64,000 nucleotides of DNA from Archangium sp. GTDB taxonomy: Bacteria; Myxococcota; Myxococcia; Myxococcales; Myxococcaceae. Position 1 is the first letter of the stretch, and the number at the start of each line of letters is the position of its first letter. This document shows, one piece after another, positions 55,301 through 62,761 of this stretch. Under the pieces are notes generated by a model, which was not told the origin of the DNA, did not search any database, and saw only the letters and a program-made list of their open reading frames with translations. The stretch covers positions 6,848,259 to 6,912,258 of the forward strand of contig JASGKS010000001.1 of the NCBI GenBank assembly GCA_047600485.1. The letters are read 5' to 3'. The position numbers and the translations under genes were made by a program.

Positions 55301-56451
55301 ACGGGCTTCGCGGCAACGGGCGTGGGCGGTGAAACAGCCGGCGGCGGCGGCAGCGGCTGCGTGGTGCGGGCCATCGGCGCACCGAACGCGGCGAACGGGT
55401 CACCTCCCGCAGCGGGAACTCCGCTGGGCGGAGAGATGCGTGAAGGCGAGAGCTGCTTGGCGACGTACGGCGTGGCGACGGACGCGGGCGTGGGCGACGT
55501 GCCGGGCTTGTTCGGAGAAGAGGCCGGCTCTTCCTGGTACTGCGTGGCGAGCGAGGCGAGCTGGCGAGTGCCGACGCGCACGCCGCTCCCGGCGACGAAT
55601 TCTTCGAGGGCCGAAGCGAGCTCGCGGCAATTCTGGAAGCGAACGTTGAGGTTCTTCGCCATCGCCTTGGCGACGATGTTGGCGTACTCGCGCGGCACGT
55701 CAGGAACGCGGCGCGTGAGCGGCACCGGGTCGGTCTTGATGATGTCGGCGATGAGCTGTTGATCAGGTACCTGCTCGTACGGCCGCGTGCCGGCAGCGAA
55801 CTCGTAGAGGATGACGCCGAGCGCGTAGACGTCGGCGCGCAGGTCGGCCTCTCCGATGATCTGCTCGGGAGGCATGTACGCAATCTTCCCCTTCACCGTG
55901 CCGTCGAAGGTCGCGGCCTGCGCACCGGTCTTCGCGATGCCGAAGTCGACGACCTTCACCGCGCCGTTGCGCGCAATGAGCATGTTGTCGGTGCTCACGT
56001 CGCAGTGAATGAGGCCCATCGGCTTGCCCGACGCGTCGGCGAACTCGTGCACGTACGCGAGGCCTTCACAGGCTTCTTCGATGACGCGCGCGCCGACGGC
56101 GAGTGGAATTCGGCGGTCGGGCGAGGCGCGCAGAATCGAGCGCAGGTTCGGACCGTCGACGAATTCCATCGCGAGGAAGTACGTGCCGTTCACTTCACCG
56201 AAGTCGAAGATTTGAACGACTGCGGGGTGCGCGAACTGCGCGGCGATGCGCGCTTCCTGCAGGAACATCGAGACGAACGATTCGTCCTTCGCGAGCGTCG
56301 GCAGAATGCGTTTGATGACGAGTGATTTCTCGAACCCGCCGGGTCCGATGACTTTCGCCAGAAACACCTCGGCCATGCCGCCCGTGGCCAGCTTCCGAAC
56401 CAGGTGGTACCGACCGAGCTGTTCCCCTTCGCTCGCCATCGCCGGGCGCAT
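52372..56451 (-). CDS. Large Ser/Thr protein kinase (1359 aa): N-terminal kinase, Pro-rich linker with tandem TPGPG(R/K/Q)GLP motifs, ~800-aa helical C-terminal domain of unknown function
   Basis: Kinase motifs LATGGMAEVFLA, HCDVSTDNMLI, DFGIAK, PPE. The linker contains LTPGPGKGLPLN/TPGPGRGLPMS/..TPGPGRGLPIS/..TPGPGQGLPLA. The stop abuts the phosphatase stop (52371/52372). Confidence 0.8.
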   Translation of the reverse strand: MRPAMASEGEQLGRYHLVRKLATGGMAEVFLAKVIGPGGFEKSLVIKRILPTLAKDESFVSMFLQEARIAAQFAHPAVVQIFDFGEVNGTYFLAMEFVDGPNLRSILRASPDRRIPLAVGARVIEEACEGLAYVHEFADASGKPMGLIHCDVSTDNMLIARNGAVKVVDFGIAKTGAQAATFDGTVKGKIAYMPPEQIIGEADLRADVYALGVILYEFAAGTRPYEQVPDQQLIADIIKTDPVPLTRRVPDVPREYANIVAKAMAKNLNVRFQNCRELASALEEFVAGSGVRVGTRQLASLATQYQEEPASSPNKPGTSPTPASVATPYVAKQLSPSRISPPSGVPAAGGDPFAAFGAPMARTTQPLPPPPAVSPPTPVAAKPVVPPLQSAAAKKHSEELFDQFFSDVDMSGLTPIATAAVARPSTQKLPPPPPPPAAKKDDDDDDGGGMRITVGSTAAAVPIEAFNARGTAGPLTPGTKSRSSGSFPQHAPSSLTPGPGKGLPLNTPGPGRGLPMSVASAPPPPAISPHTPGPGRGLPISRPPTPGPGQGLPLAPPPSRSGGFAAHVPAQQQPPNPVASTPEVRAAVVMADATTMRLYDTGPGLGTAVELESVRKELARDEGLHLLVRYADHAARLLKYVEPESLVSERLAGAIDGLFMAEAWGTLATLLERLKFHGEADALHKWAYDFAISQFATTENARRISLRLRENKPADAEGLGKLIAFFGPAFGPTWISLFENIDLAASRDALLPGLASLCALSPQPFIDLLAPKRPRRIMELVYCLEKGRVGDRSRIVRELLARLDPARRREVLTGLARAGSDDAYKLVCQGVTDEESETRLHSIQLLGKHFPERVLAALKGVVEPNNASTRTDQERRALWISIGQSNSPEALSMMASELAQRPLLGRAKSEGRKVEVLEGLAVMKGDDAASLMQRVNDDSSQGDSVRAAADRHLRSAALIAETTSHVGELRRWDRNPPAWRDVLMDLHALSQASRLVELDSELFDTAFTRISKTLAALLPAGAQASVTTSPSLTVNGAPVGEGNDGAVERVKKAFESRGVAGFTFTRQPPRAELELLVRWLAAGANAEGIETSSITLVSANNQQPKPAKPDIRPSPMTDFSREAMIRYVDLVLGFRAWMTERKMNPRAEMPDVRQVFHEVATAAHSRMVRFAGLTPRKRNAEAEVFHAANVMMLAVMFGGELGLEHQQLMDLAQVSFFSEVGNFDLKDEMLERAGKLTEADQQAIAAARKTSVRFPFVKLGDAPAAASWSSILVEQDLDWGTRERPGSLGAMASIGLMGSIVALARAYESLSTATASREAMPKDQIVELIGSKVAHRFRPEVVQLFVRFLQRQSLKPVAK

Positions 56452-56485
56452 CGTAGCGACGCAACCACCTGAAACACACGCGAGT

Positions 56486-58021
56486 TCAGTCAGCCTGCAT
56501 GCCCGGCCAGGAGACCTCGCGCGCTCGGAAGAATTCGACTTGCGAACGGGTGAGCCGCGGGCCTTGTGAGCTGAGTCGGCGGAGGTAGTCCTTCAGGTCG
56601 CGAGAGGCGGGCCGGGACCAGCCAAGCTCTGCGACTCCCAGCAATCGCGGGAAGATCATCGACTCGAGCTCTGCATCGGAGTCGATGAACTCGGTCCACG
56701 CCGCACCCTCCACACCTACGATCGACGACTCAGGCACACCTTCGAGCAGATCGACCGGTTCCCAATCGTAGGAATGGGAAACGCTGACGAAGCCGGCCCA
56801 GAAGGTGCCCACGTCCTTCGGCGTGTCGAGCGCGTACTGCATGTCGAAGTAGAGCCGCCTGGCGGGCGACAGCAGGATCAGCGCTCCCTGATCAGCGGCC
56901 TGCTTCGCGAGTGCCGGGTTCACCCAGTGCTGCACGATGGTGTTCGAGTCTGCACCGGCGCGCGCGAGCTCTTCCCAGCCGATGACGTGTTTGCCGTTCG
57001 CTTCGATGGCGGTGCGGGCGCGGTTGATCATCGCGCGGTAGTCGTCGAGCGTCGTCTGCTGCGCTTCGTCGCCGCCCAGATGAATCCACGGCCCCGGAGT
57101 GAGTGACGCGACCTCGCCGATGACGTCGTCGATGAAGGTGAAGGTCTCGGGCCGCGAGGCGCAGAGCGAGCTGAAGCCGACCATCGTGCCGGTGTAGGGC
57201 GCGGGCGACACGCCGTCGCAGTTGAGTTCGGGAAGTGAAGCGAGCGCGGCGGTGGTGTGGCCGGGCAGATCGATTTCCGGAACGACGACGATGAAGCGCG
57301 CCGCCGCGTAGTCGACGAGCTCGGTGTAGTCGTTGCGGGTGAGGAAGCCGCCCTGTCCTCCGCCGACTGCCGTCGAGGCGCCGATGGTGGTGAGCGTCGG
57401 GCGCGTCTGCAGCTCGAGCCGCCAGCCCTGATCATCGGTGAGGTGCAGGTGGAGGCGGTTCAACTTGTAGCGAGCCATCACGTCGATGAGCTTCTTCAGC
57501 TCGGCGACCGAGAAGAAGTGGCGCGCGAGGTCGACCATCAGCCCCCGCCAAGGGAAACGTGGGCCGTCGTGAAGCTCGCCGGTGAGGAGCGCGAAGGAGC
57601 CCGGCGTGTCGTACGCAGGCAACAGCTGCAGCAGCGTCTGCGTGCCGTAGAAGATTCCCGAGAACGTCGGCGCGCTGATGGTGACGCCTCCTCGCGAGAC
57701 GCGAAGTGAATAGGCCTCGTTGCGCGCCAGCGCGTTCGGGCCGAGCTCGAGCGCCTCGAGTCGAATGGTCGCGCTCGACGCGGTGCTGACGGGCCATTCC
57801 CAACCGGTGCGCGCGCGAAGCTCGGTCGCGAGCAGCTCGGCCATCGGGAGGAGCTCGACGCGCGAGACGCCGATGTTGCTGCGCGGGTCGAAGGTGTGCA
57901 CTCCGGAGGCGGAGTCGACGAAGGTCTCCTCGGGCACCGGGAGAACCGTGTCCCACGTCTGCACGGGCGCGGGTGCGCACGCGGTGACGAGGAGAAGTGC
58001 GAGCCCCACGAGTCGCGTCAC
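56486..58021 (-). CDS. GH20 beta-N-acetylhexosaminidase lipoprotein
   Basis: A GTG start gives MTRLVGLALLLVTACAP and overlaps the TetR stop as GTGA. The motifs RYKLNRLHLHLTDDQGWRLE and VVVPEIDLPGH are GH20 catalytic (the D-E pair is in LPGHT..). The upstream ~175 codons of track ORF 56486..58549 are rejected. Confidence 0.8.
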   Translation of the reverse strand: MTRLVGLALLLVTACAPAPVQTWDTVLPVPEETFVDSASGVHTFDPRSNIGVSRVELLPMAELLATELRARTGWEWPVSTASSATIRLEALELGPNALARNEAYSLRVSRGGVTISAPTFSGIFYGTQTLLQLLPAYDTPGSFALLTGELHDGPRFPWRGLMVDLARHFFSVAELKKLIDVMARYKLNRLHLHLTDDQGWRLELQTRPTLTTIGASTAVGGGQGGFLTRNDYTELVDYAAARFIVVVPEIDLPGHTTAALASLPELNCDGVSPAPYTGTMVGFSSLCASRPETFTFIDDVIGEVASLTPGPWIHLGGDEAQQTTLDDYRAMINRARTAIEANGKHVIGWEELARAGADSNTIVQHWVNPALAKQAADQGALILLSPARRLYFDMQYALDTPKDVGTFWAGFVSVSHSYDWEPVDLLEGVPESSIVGVEGAAWTEFIDSDAELESMIFPRLLGVAELGWSRPASRDLKDYLRRLSSQGPRLTRSQVEFFRAREVSWPGMQAD

Positions 58022-58605
58022 GAGCGGGCTCCCAACGACTGCCACGCGAGCGCGGGGAGATTCTTGCGCAGCCAGGCGGGCGAGAAGTCCGCGCCGAGCA
58101 ACCAGCGGCGGCAGGCCTCGTGACTGGGCCCGAGGAGCACGACGTCGAGCAGCTCGGGTTCCCATCGAGGGAGTTCTTTCGCGAAGGGCTTCAGCCGACT
58201 CAGCAACGGAGCCATCGCTTCTCGCTTTCTCTTCACGATGCGCGCCTGCAACGCCGGAGCGAACCGCAGCCCGACGGCCTCGTACATCACGCGCGCTTCT
58301 CGCTCGTGGGCGAAGACCCAGTCGAGGTGTGAGCGCACCAACTCTTCGACGAGCTGGCGGGCGGTGGTGGCTCCTTCGAGCTTCGCGGTGAGCTCGGAGA
58401 AGAGGCGCGCGAAGATTCGCTCCAGCAGCGCGGCGGTGACGTCGGGAATTCCGTCGGGGAAGAGGTGGTACACGCTCGACGGGCTGGCCTTCGCCGCGGC
58501 ACGGATTTCTTCGATGCCGGCGCCGAAGACTCCGCTCTTCGCGAAGCACGACAACGCTGCGTCGAGAATGGCTTCACGGCGCGAATCGCCGTCCTTGCGT
58601 CTCAT
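58018..58605 (-). CDS. TetR-family transcriptional regulator
   Basis: 195 aa. The HTH is REAILDAALSCFAKSGVFGAGIEEIRAAAKASPSSVYHLFPDG. It is the in-frame C-terminal part of track ORF 58018..58968. Confidence 0.8.
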   Translation of the reverse strand: MRRKDGDSRREAILDAALSCFAKSGVFGAGIEEIRAAAKASPSSVYHLFPDGIPDVTAALLERIFARLFSELTAKLEGATTARQLVEELVRSHLDWVFAHEREARVMYEAVGLRFAPALQARIVKRKREAMAPLLSRLKPFAKELPRWEPELLDVVLLGPSHEACRRWLLGADFSPAWLRKNLPALAWQSLGARS

Positions 58606-58647
58606 GTGAAGGGTGGACCCTACACGAGGTGCGCGCCGATCACTGGG

Positions 58648-58685
58648 CCCTCTCCCCGACCCTCTCCCCTGTCGGGGAGAGGGAG
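58648..58685 (-). repeat. Dispersed palindromic repeat, copy 7 (minus orientation), in the TetR/SDR divergent intergenic region
   Basis: CCCTCTCCCCGACCCTCTCCCCTGTCGGGGAGAGGGAG. It is the only copy not directly 3' of a co-oriented gene. Confidence 0.65.
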
Positions 58686-58732
58686 TTTCGATTTGGAATG
58701 TTCCTCCAACTAGAGGAATACTCCAACTCAAC

Positions 58733-59467
58733 ATGGACCTCATCCTCACCGGAGCCTCGCGCGGCATCGGAGCGGCACTGACTTCGGCACTGCGCCAGCG
58801 CGACGACCTGCGGCTCTTCCTCGTCGCCCGGGACTCCAGCCGACTCGAAGCCCTCGCCGCGCAGTGCCGGAACGCGAAGGTATTCAGCGTCGATCTCGCG
58901 AGCGTGCAGGCCGCGAGTGAGCTGGGGCAACGGCTCGCGAGCGAAGTCACGAACGGAGCAACCCTCATTCACAACGCCGGCCTCTGGCCATCAAAGCTCG
59001 AGCTCACCGCCGAGGGTTTCGAGCGCGCCTACGCGGTGAACCACCTCGCACCGCTGGCGCTGCAGGAGCCCCTGCTCGAAGCGAAGCTGCTCTCGCGGGT
59101 CCTCGTCGTCGGCGCCGGCTTGATGGTGAAAGGCCGCTTCGACGCCGCGAAGACTCCGAGCGGCAAAGACTTCTCGAGCTTCCGCACCTACGCCACCACC
59201 AAGCGCTGCTTCGCCGAAGCGACCCGCGCGACGGCCGCACGACAGCCTGAAGTCGACTTCGCCGTCGTTCACCCCGGCGTCGTGAACACCGAACTCGGCG
59301 CGCGCACCGGCCCGCTCGGCTGGCTCCTCAAACTCGTGAAGCGAAACTGGGAATCCCCGCAGCTCTGCGCGGCGCGGCTCGCTCGGTTGCTCGAGCGTTC
59401 CCGCTGGTCGCAGCCCGGAACCGCCGCATGGTTCTTCGAAGAGGCGCAGCAGCCGTGGCCGATTTGA
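58733..59467 (+). CDS. Short-chain dehydrogenase/reductase (SDR) family oxidoreductase
   Basis: MDLILTGASRGIGAAL (TGxxxGxG), NAG and Y..K (YATTKRC) are present. The upstream 40 codons of track ORF 58613..59467 cover the repeat and are rejected. Confidence 0.8.
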   Translation: MDLILTGASRGIGAALTSALRQRDDLRLFLVARDSSRLEALAAQCRNAKVFSVDLASVQAASELGQRLASEVTNGATLIHNAGLWPSKLELTAEGFERAYAVNHLAPLALQEPLLEAKLLSRVLVVGAGLMVKGRFDAAKTPSGKDFSSFRTYATTKRCFAEATRATAARQPEVDFAVVHPGVVNTELGARTGPLGWLLKLVKRNWESPQLCAARLARLLERSRWSQPGTAAWFFEEAQQPWPI

Positions 59468-59479
59468 TAGACGGCGATC

Positions 59480-60559
59480 ATGTTCCCGGTCGCGGTCATG
59501 CTCGCTGTGTCGCTGCAGGCTGCACCTGACGGCCGCAGCTCGGTGACGGTGGTGGTCGACGGCCCCGCAGCGGGCGAGACGCGGCAGACGTTGAGCAGCG
59601 TCACCCTCCCGGTCGAGCTGCGGCTCGCCGATACGCCGACCGCGCTCGAAGCACCGACGCAGAGCGCATGGCCCGCGAAGCTCGCCGCCGCCCGCAAGGC
59701 CTATGTCGGCGCGCAGTTCGCCGAATGTCTCAAGCAGCTCGAAGGTGACTCCGCTGTGCCCGAGCTCCTCTCGACTGGCGAACGCGCGCTCGCGGCCCGA
59801 CTCCTCGCGTGGCGCGCCGCGTGTCACACCGGAGCCAACCAGCCGCAGCCCGCGCGCGTCGCCGCCGAAGCGCTCGCCACCTTCCAGCTCGCGGTGCCCG
59901 AAGACGTGGGCTCGATGACTCCCGACGTCGAGGCGCTGTTGGCTCGAGCCGTCACCCAGGTCGGAGCGACCCCGCTGCGAAAGCTGCGAGTCGAGAGCAC
60001 TCCGTCGGGTGCGTCGGTCGAAGTCGATGGTCGGCCCGCCGCCTGCACTACGCCCTGCACCGTGGATGTGTTGGCCGGAACGCACGTTTTGAAATTGTCG
60101 GCTGATGGCTACAGCCCGTCGTGGCAGTTGGTGGCTCGAGACGACACCACCGCCGCGACGCTGCAGGCCGCGACGCCCGAGCTCGCCGCGAGTCAGTGGC
60201 GCGCGCGCGTGCAGCGTGGAGACGCGGTCGACTCCGATGCGTCGGTGAAGTTGCTGTCGAATGCGCTGCGGGCGCCGCGTCTCGCGGTGGTGACGAGCGA
60301 CGCCGCGGCACCGAAGACCCTGCGCGGCGCGCTCGCCGTCGACGGAGTGCTCACCACCCGCGCCGAGCGCCTCGGAGACGCCGAGGGCCTGGTGCGCGAC
60401 CTGCTCGTGCGCGGGCTCATCGTCGAAGAGACGCCTCCTTTCTACAAACGCTGGCCGTTCTGGGTGGCGGTCGGTGTCGCCGCCGTCGCCGCCGGAGTGA
60501 CCACCGCCGTTCTCGTCAGCACTCGCCGCACCATCACCAGCGTGGAGCTGAAGCCGTGA
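59480..60559 (+). CDS. PEGA-domain protein with a C-terminal TM anchor
   Basis: PEGA: LRVESTPSGASVEVDGRPAACTTPCTVDVLAGTHVLKLSADGYSP. TM: WPFWVAVGVAAVAAGVTTAVLV. It lies 12 nt after the SDR gene. Confidence 0.6.
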   Translation: MFPVAVMLAVSLQAAPDGRSSVTVVVDGPAAGETRQTLSSVTLPVELRLADTPTALEAPTQSAWPAKLAAARKAYVGAQFAECLKQLEGDSAVPELLSTGERALAARLLAWRAACHTGANQPQPARVAAEALATFQLAVPEDVGSMTPDVEALLARAVTQVGATPLRKLRVESTPSGASVEVDGRPAACTTPCTVDVLAGTHVLKLSADGYSPSWQLVARDDTTAATLQAATPELAASQWRARVQRGDAVDSDASVKLLSNALRAPRLAVVTSDAAAPKTLRGALAVDGVLTTRAERLGDAEGLVRDLLVRGLIVEETPPFYKRWPFWVAVGVAAVAAGVTTAVLVSTRRTITSVELKP

Positions 60560-61191
60560 ACGCGCGCGCACTCCTCTTTACTGCGGGACTCCTGCTGCTC
60601 GGCGGTTGTGTGGAGACGCGCTCCGTCGCGTTGACCTTCGGCTCCGATGGCGAAGGCCTCGATGGCTTCATGTGCAAGGACAGCACGGACACGCAGCTCC
60701 TCTCTCGTTTGCCGAGCGGCGGAAAAGCGAGCCTGGTCATCGACTTCATTCGCCTGGGCGGCGTGCCCGGGTGCCGCACCGGTCAGCTGATGAAGTGGTG
60801 TGGCTCGCACGACTGCTCGGCGATTCAGCAGACGCGCTCGTGCGTCGAGGTGAAGTTGCCGGGCCCGAACGCGGCGCGCGAAGAGCTGCGCACGCAATTG
60901 CTCGGCGCGATTCGCGAGAGTGGTGGGTTTCAGGCGCTGGCCGATGCGCCCGATGAGTTCGTCATCGTGCGCGTGGTCGGGACGGCGCAGTCGTGTGATT
61001 CGCTCCTGCCTTCGGGTGACGCGCCGCTGCCGGCGTTCGACAAGTCACAGCTCGTCGGGTGCGCGTACAGCTGCCCGGTGTTGCTCGACAAGGTCGACCA
61101 GGACGTCTACCTCGGCTTCGAGACGCTCACCGCGTCGTGCGAGCAGGGCGTGCGCATCTGCAGCGACGGCCAGCTGCAGTGGCAGCCCTGA
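60556..61191 (+). CDS. Hypothetical Cys-rich lipoprotein
   Basis: The GTG start overlaps the PEGA gene's stop (GTGA). The sequence begins VNARALLFTAGLLLLGGCVE and has 11 Cys in the mature part. The upstream 145 codons of track ORF 60121..61191 are rejected. Confidence 0.5.
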   Translation: MNARALLFTAGLLLLGGCVETRSVALTFGSDGEGLDGFMCKDSTDTQLLSRLPSGGKASLVIDFIRLGGVPGCRTGQLMKWCGSHDCSAIQQTRSCVEVKLPGPNAAREELRTQLLGAIRESGGFQALADAPDEFVIVRVVGTAQSCDSLLPSGDAPLPAFDKSQLVGCAYSCPVLLDKVDQDVYLGFETLTASCEQGVRICSDGQLQWQP

Positions 61192-61192
61192 T

Positions 61193-61234
61193 CTCCCTCT
61201 CCTTGCGAAGCGGGGAGAGGGTCGGGGTGAGGGG
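61193..61234 (+). repeat. Dispersed palindromic repeat, copy 8 (plus orientation), immediately after the TGA of the lipoprotein gene
   Basis: TCTCCCTCTCCTTGCGAAGCGGGGAGAGGGTCGGGGTGAGGGG. It differs from copy 1 at one position. Confidence 0.75.
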
Positions 61235-61276
61235 CAGATACGAGCAGAGCCCTGATGGATGCTTCCGTCTGATCAG

Positions 61277-61319
61277 CCCCTCTCCCCAGCCCTCTCCCCG
61301 CTGTCGCAGGGAGAGGGAG
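61277..61319 (-). repeat. Dispersed palindromic repeat, copy 9 (minus orientation), abutting the stop of the sigma-54 activator gene; copies 8 and 9 form an inverted pair between convergent genes
   Basis: The plus-strand sequence is CCCCTCTCCCCAGCCCTCTCCCCGCTGTCGCAGGGAGAGGGAGT. Confidence 0.7.
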
Positions 61320-62627
61320 TCATTCGCCGCGGAGCTTGTGCCGCTGCAAGAGCTCGATGAGATGCGAGCGATCCATCTTCGCGTGACGTGACGCCGCGCT
61401 CACGTTGCCGCCCGTCACCTCGAGCAGCTTCTTCAAGTAGTGCACCTCGAACTTGTTCAGCACCTCGGCGCGCGCGTCCTTGTACGTGCGCTCGGGCCCG
61501 GGCATCGCGTTCGGGTCGGCGGTCGAAGCGCTCGTCGCATCGAGCTCCGGCGGCTCGCCCATCGCCAGCGTCGCCTCGACGAGGTTGCGCAGCTCACGCA
61601 CGTTGCCCGGCCAGGGATGCGCGCGGAGCGCAGTGAGCGCGTCCTTGTTGAACAGCGACTCCAGCTTCGCCTCGCTGCCCGCCTCGCGCAGGAAGTGAGT
61701 GATGAGCAGCTCGAGGTCTTCCGCGCGCGAACGCAGCGGCGGCACGTCGAGCTTCACCACCGCGAGCCGGAAGAACAGGTCGAGACGGAACTGCCCGCTG
61801 TTCACCGCCGCGCGCAGGTCGCGATGCGTGGCCGACACCACGCGCACGTCGACGTTCAATTCTTCCGAGCCGCCGACGCGACGAAAGCGCCGACGCTCGA
61901 GCACGCCCAGCAACGACGCCTGCAGCGTCGGCGACAGCTCACCAATCTCGTCGAGAAACACCGTGCCGCCGTTCGCGCGCTCGAAGGCGCCGGCGTGGCG
62001 GCGGTCTGCTCCCGTGAACGCGCCGCGCTCGTGACCGAACAGCTCACTCGCCACGAGCCCCGGAGAGAGCGACGCGCAGTCGACGGTGACGAACGGCTTA
62101 CCCGCGCGCGCGCCGCGCTCGTGCAGCGCCATGGCGATGAGCTCTTTGCCCGTACCCGACTCGCCCTGCAGCAGCACCGCACTGTCGCTGCGAGCCGCCT
62201 TGTCGATGCGCGCGAGCAAGGTGCGCATCACCGGCGACTGGCCCTTCAACGGCCCGAGTGAATCGTGCTCCGAGAGCTCGACGCTGCCGGTCTTGCCGCT
62301 GCCGACCTCGAGCTGCGTGTGCCCCAACTGCAACACGGTGCCCGGAGGCACGAGCGCTTCGGTCAACGCGAGGCCATGCGCGAGCGTGCCGTTGGTCGAG
62401 CTCAGGTCGCGCACCGCCACCTTGTCGCCACGGCGCGAAAGCTCGACGTGAAAACGCGAGACCGACGGGTCAGTGAGCTTGAGGGTGTTGCCTTCCGCGA
62501 TGCCGACGGTGAGCGCCTCGGTCACGTCACTCACTGCGAGGCCCAGGTCTGGTCCTGCGACGACACGCACCGACAACGTGCGCACCGGCAACCCCACGAC
62601 CGCGATGGGCAGCGTCCCTTCACTCAT
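61320..62627 (-). CDS. Sigma-54-dependent transcriptional activator with an N-terminal FHA domain (FHA + AAA+ sigma-54 interaction domain + Fis-type HTH)
   Basis: The start is MSEGTLPIAVVGL (ATG at 62627). The FHA is ..VSRFHVELSRRGDKVAVRDLSSTNGT... The AAA+ module has GESGTGKE, GAFTGA, and ESELFGHERGAFTGA followed by a GAFERANGGTVFLDEI block. The C-terminus carries an HTH. The upstream 70 codons of the track ORF are rejected. Confidence 0.85.
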   Translation of the reverse strand: MSEGTLPIAVVGLPVRTLSVRVVAGPDLGLAVSDVTEALTVGIAEGNTLKLTDPSVSRFHVELSRRGDKVAVRDLSSTNGTLAHGLALTEALVPPGTVLQLGHTQLEVGSGKTGSVELSEHDSLGPLKGQSPVMRTLLARIDKAARSDSAVLLQGESGTGKELIAMALHERGARAGKPFVTVDCASLSPGLVASELFGHERGAFTGADRRHAGAFERANGGTVFLDEIGELSPTLQASLLGVLERRRFRRVGGSEELNVDVRVVSATHRDLRAAVNSGQFRLDLFFRLAVVKLDVPPLRSRAEDLELLITHFLREAGSEAKLESLFNKDALTALRAHPWPGNVRELRNLVEATLAMGEPPELDATSASTADPNAMPGPERTYKDARAEVLNKFEVHYLKKLLEVTGGNVSAASRHAKMDRSHLIELLQRHKLRGE

Positions 62628-62662
62628 GGGTGCGCGTTGTACTTCACCCTCACGGCTCCGGG

Positions 62663-62701
62663 CTGTCGGCTGTTCCCGACAGCTGTCGGCTCGACCCGAC
62701 A
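62663..62701. promoter_or_regulatory. Two tandem 20-bp palindromes (CTGTCGG-N6-CCGACAG and CTGTCGG-N5-CCCGACA); candidate enhancer-binding-protein site (UAS) or operator in the divergent region between the sigma-54 activator and the YVTN lipoprotein gene
   Basis: The full sequence is GGCTGTCGGCTGTTCCCGACAGCTGTCGGCTCGACCCGACAAC. The central CCGACAGCTGTCGG is itself a perfect 14-bp palindrome. Confidence 0.4.
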
Positions 62702-62733
62702 ACCTTCGGGGCCTGATCCAACGGAAGGGCCGC

Positions 62734-62747
62734 GGCGCGCCGTTTGC
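62734..62747 (+). promoter_or_regulatory. Weak sigma-54 (-24/-12) promoter candidate CGGCGCG-ccgt-TTGCT (GG-N10-GC spacing) about 15 nt upstream of the lipoprotein ATG
   Basis: The spacing is exact. The -24 element matches 4 of 6 positions of TGGCAC, and the -12 TTGC is present. It is co-located with the FHA enhancer-binding protein and the tandem palindromes. Confidence 0.25.
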
Positions 62748-62761
62748 TGACGGGTCCCGGC

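Noticed and set aside
56486-58968. Two overlapping long minus-strand track ORFs (56486..58549 and 58018..58968)
   Set aside because: They resolve into GH20 (GTG start at 58021) and TetR (ATG at 58605). The upstream extensions are arginine-rich, unsupported, and overlap the divergent SDR promoter and repeat.
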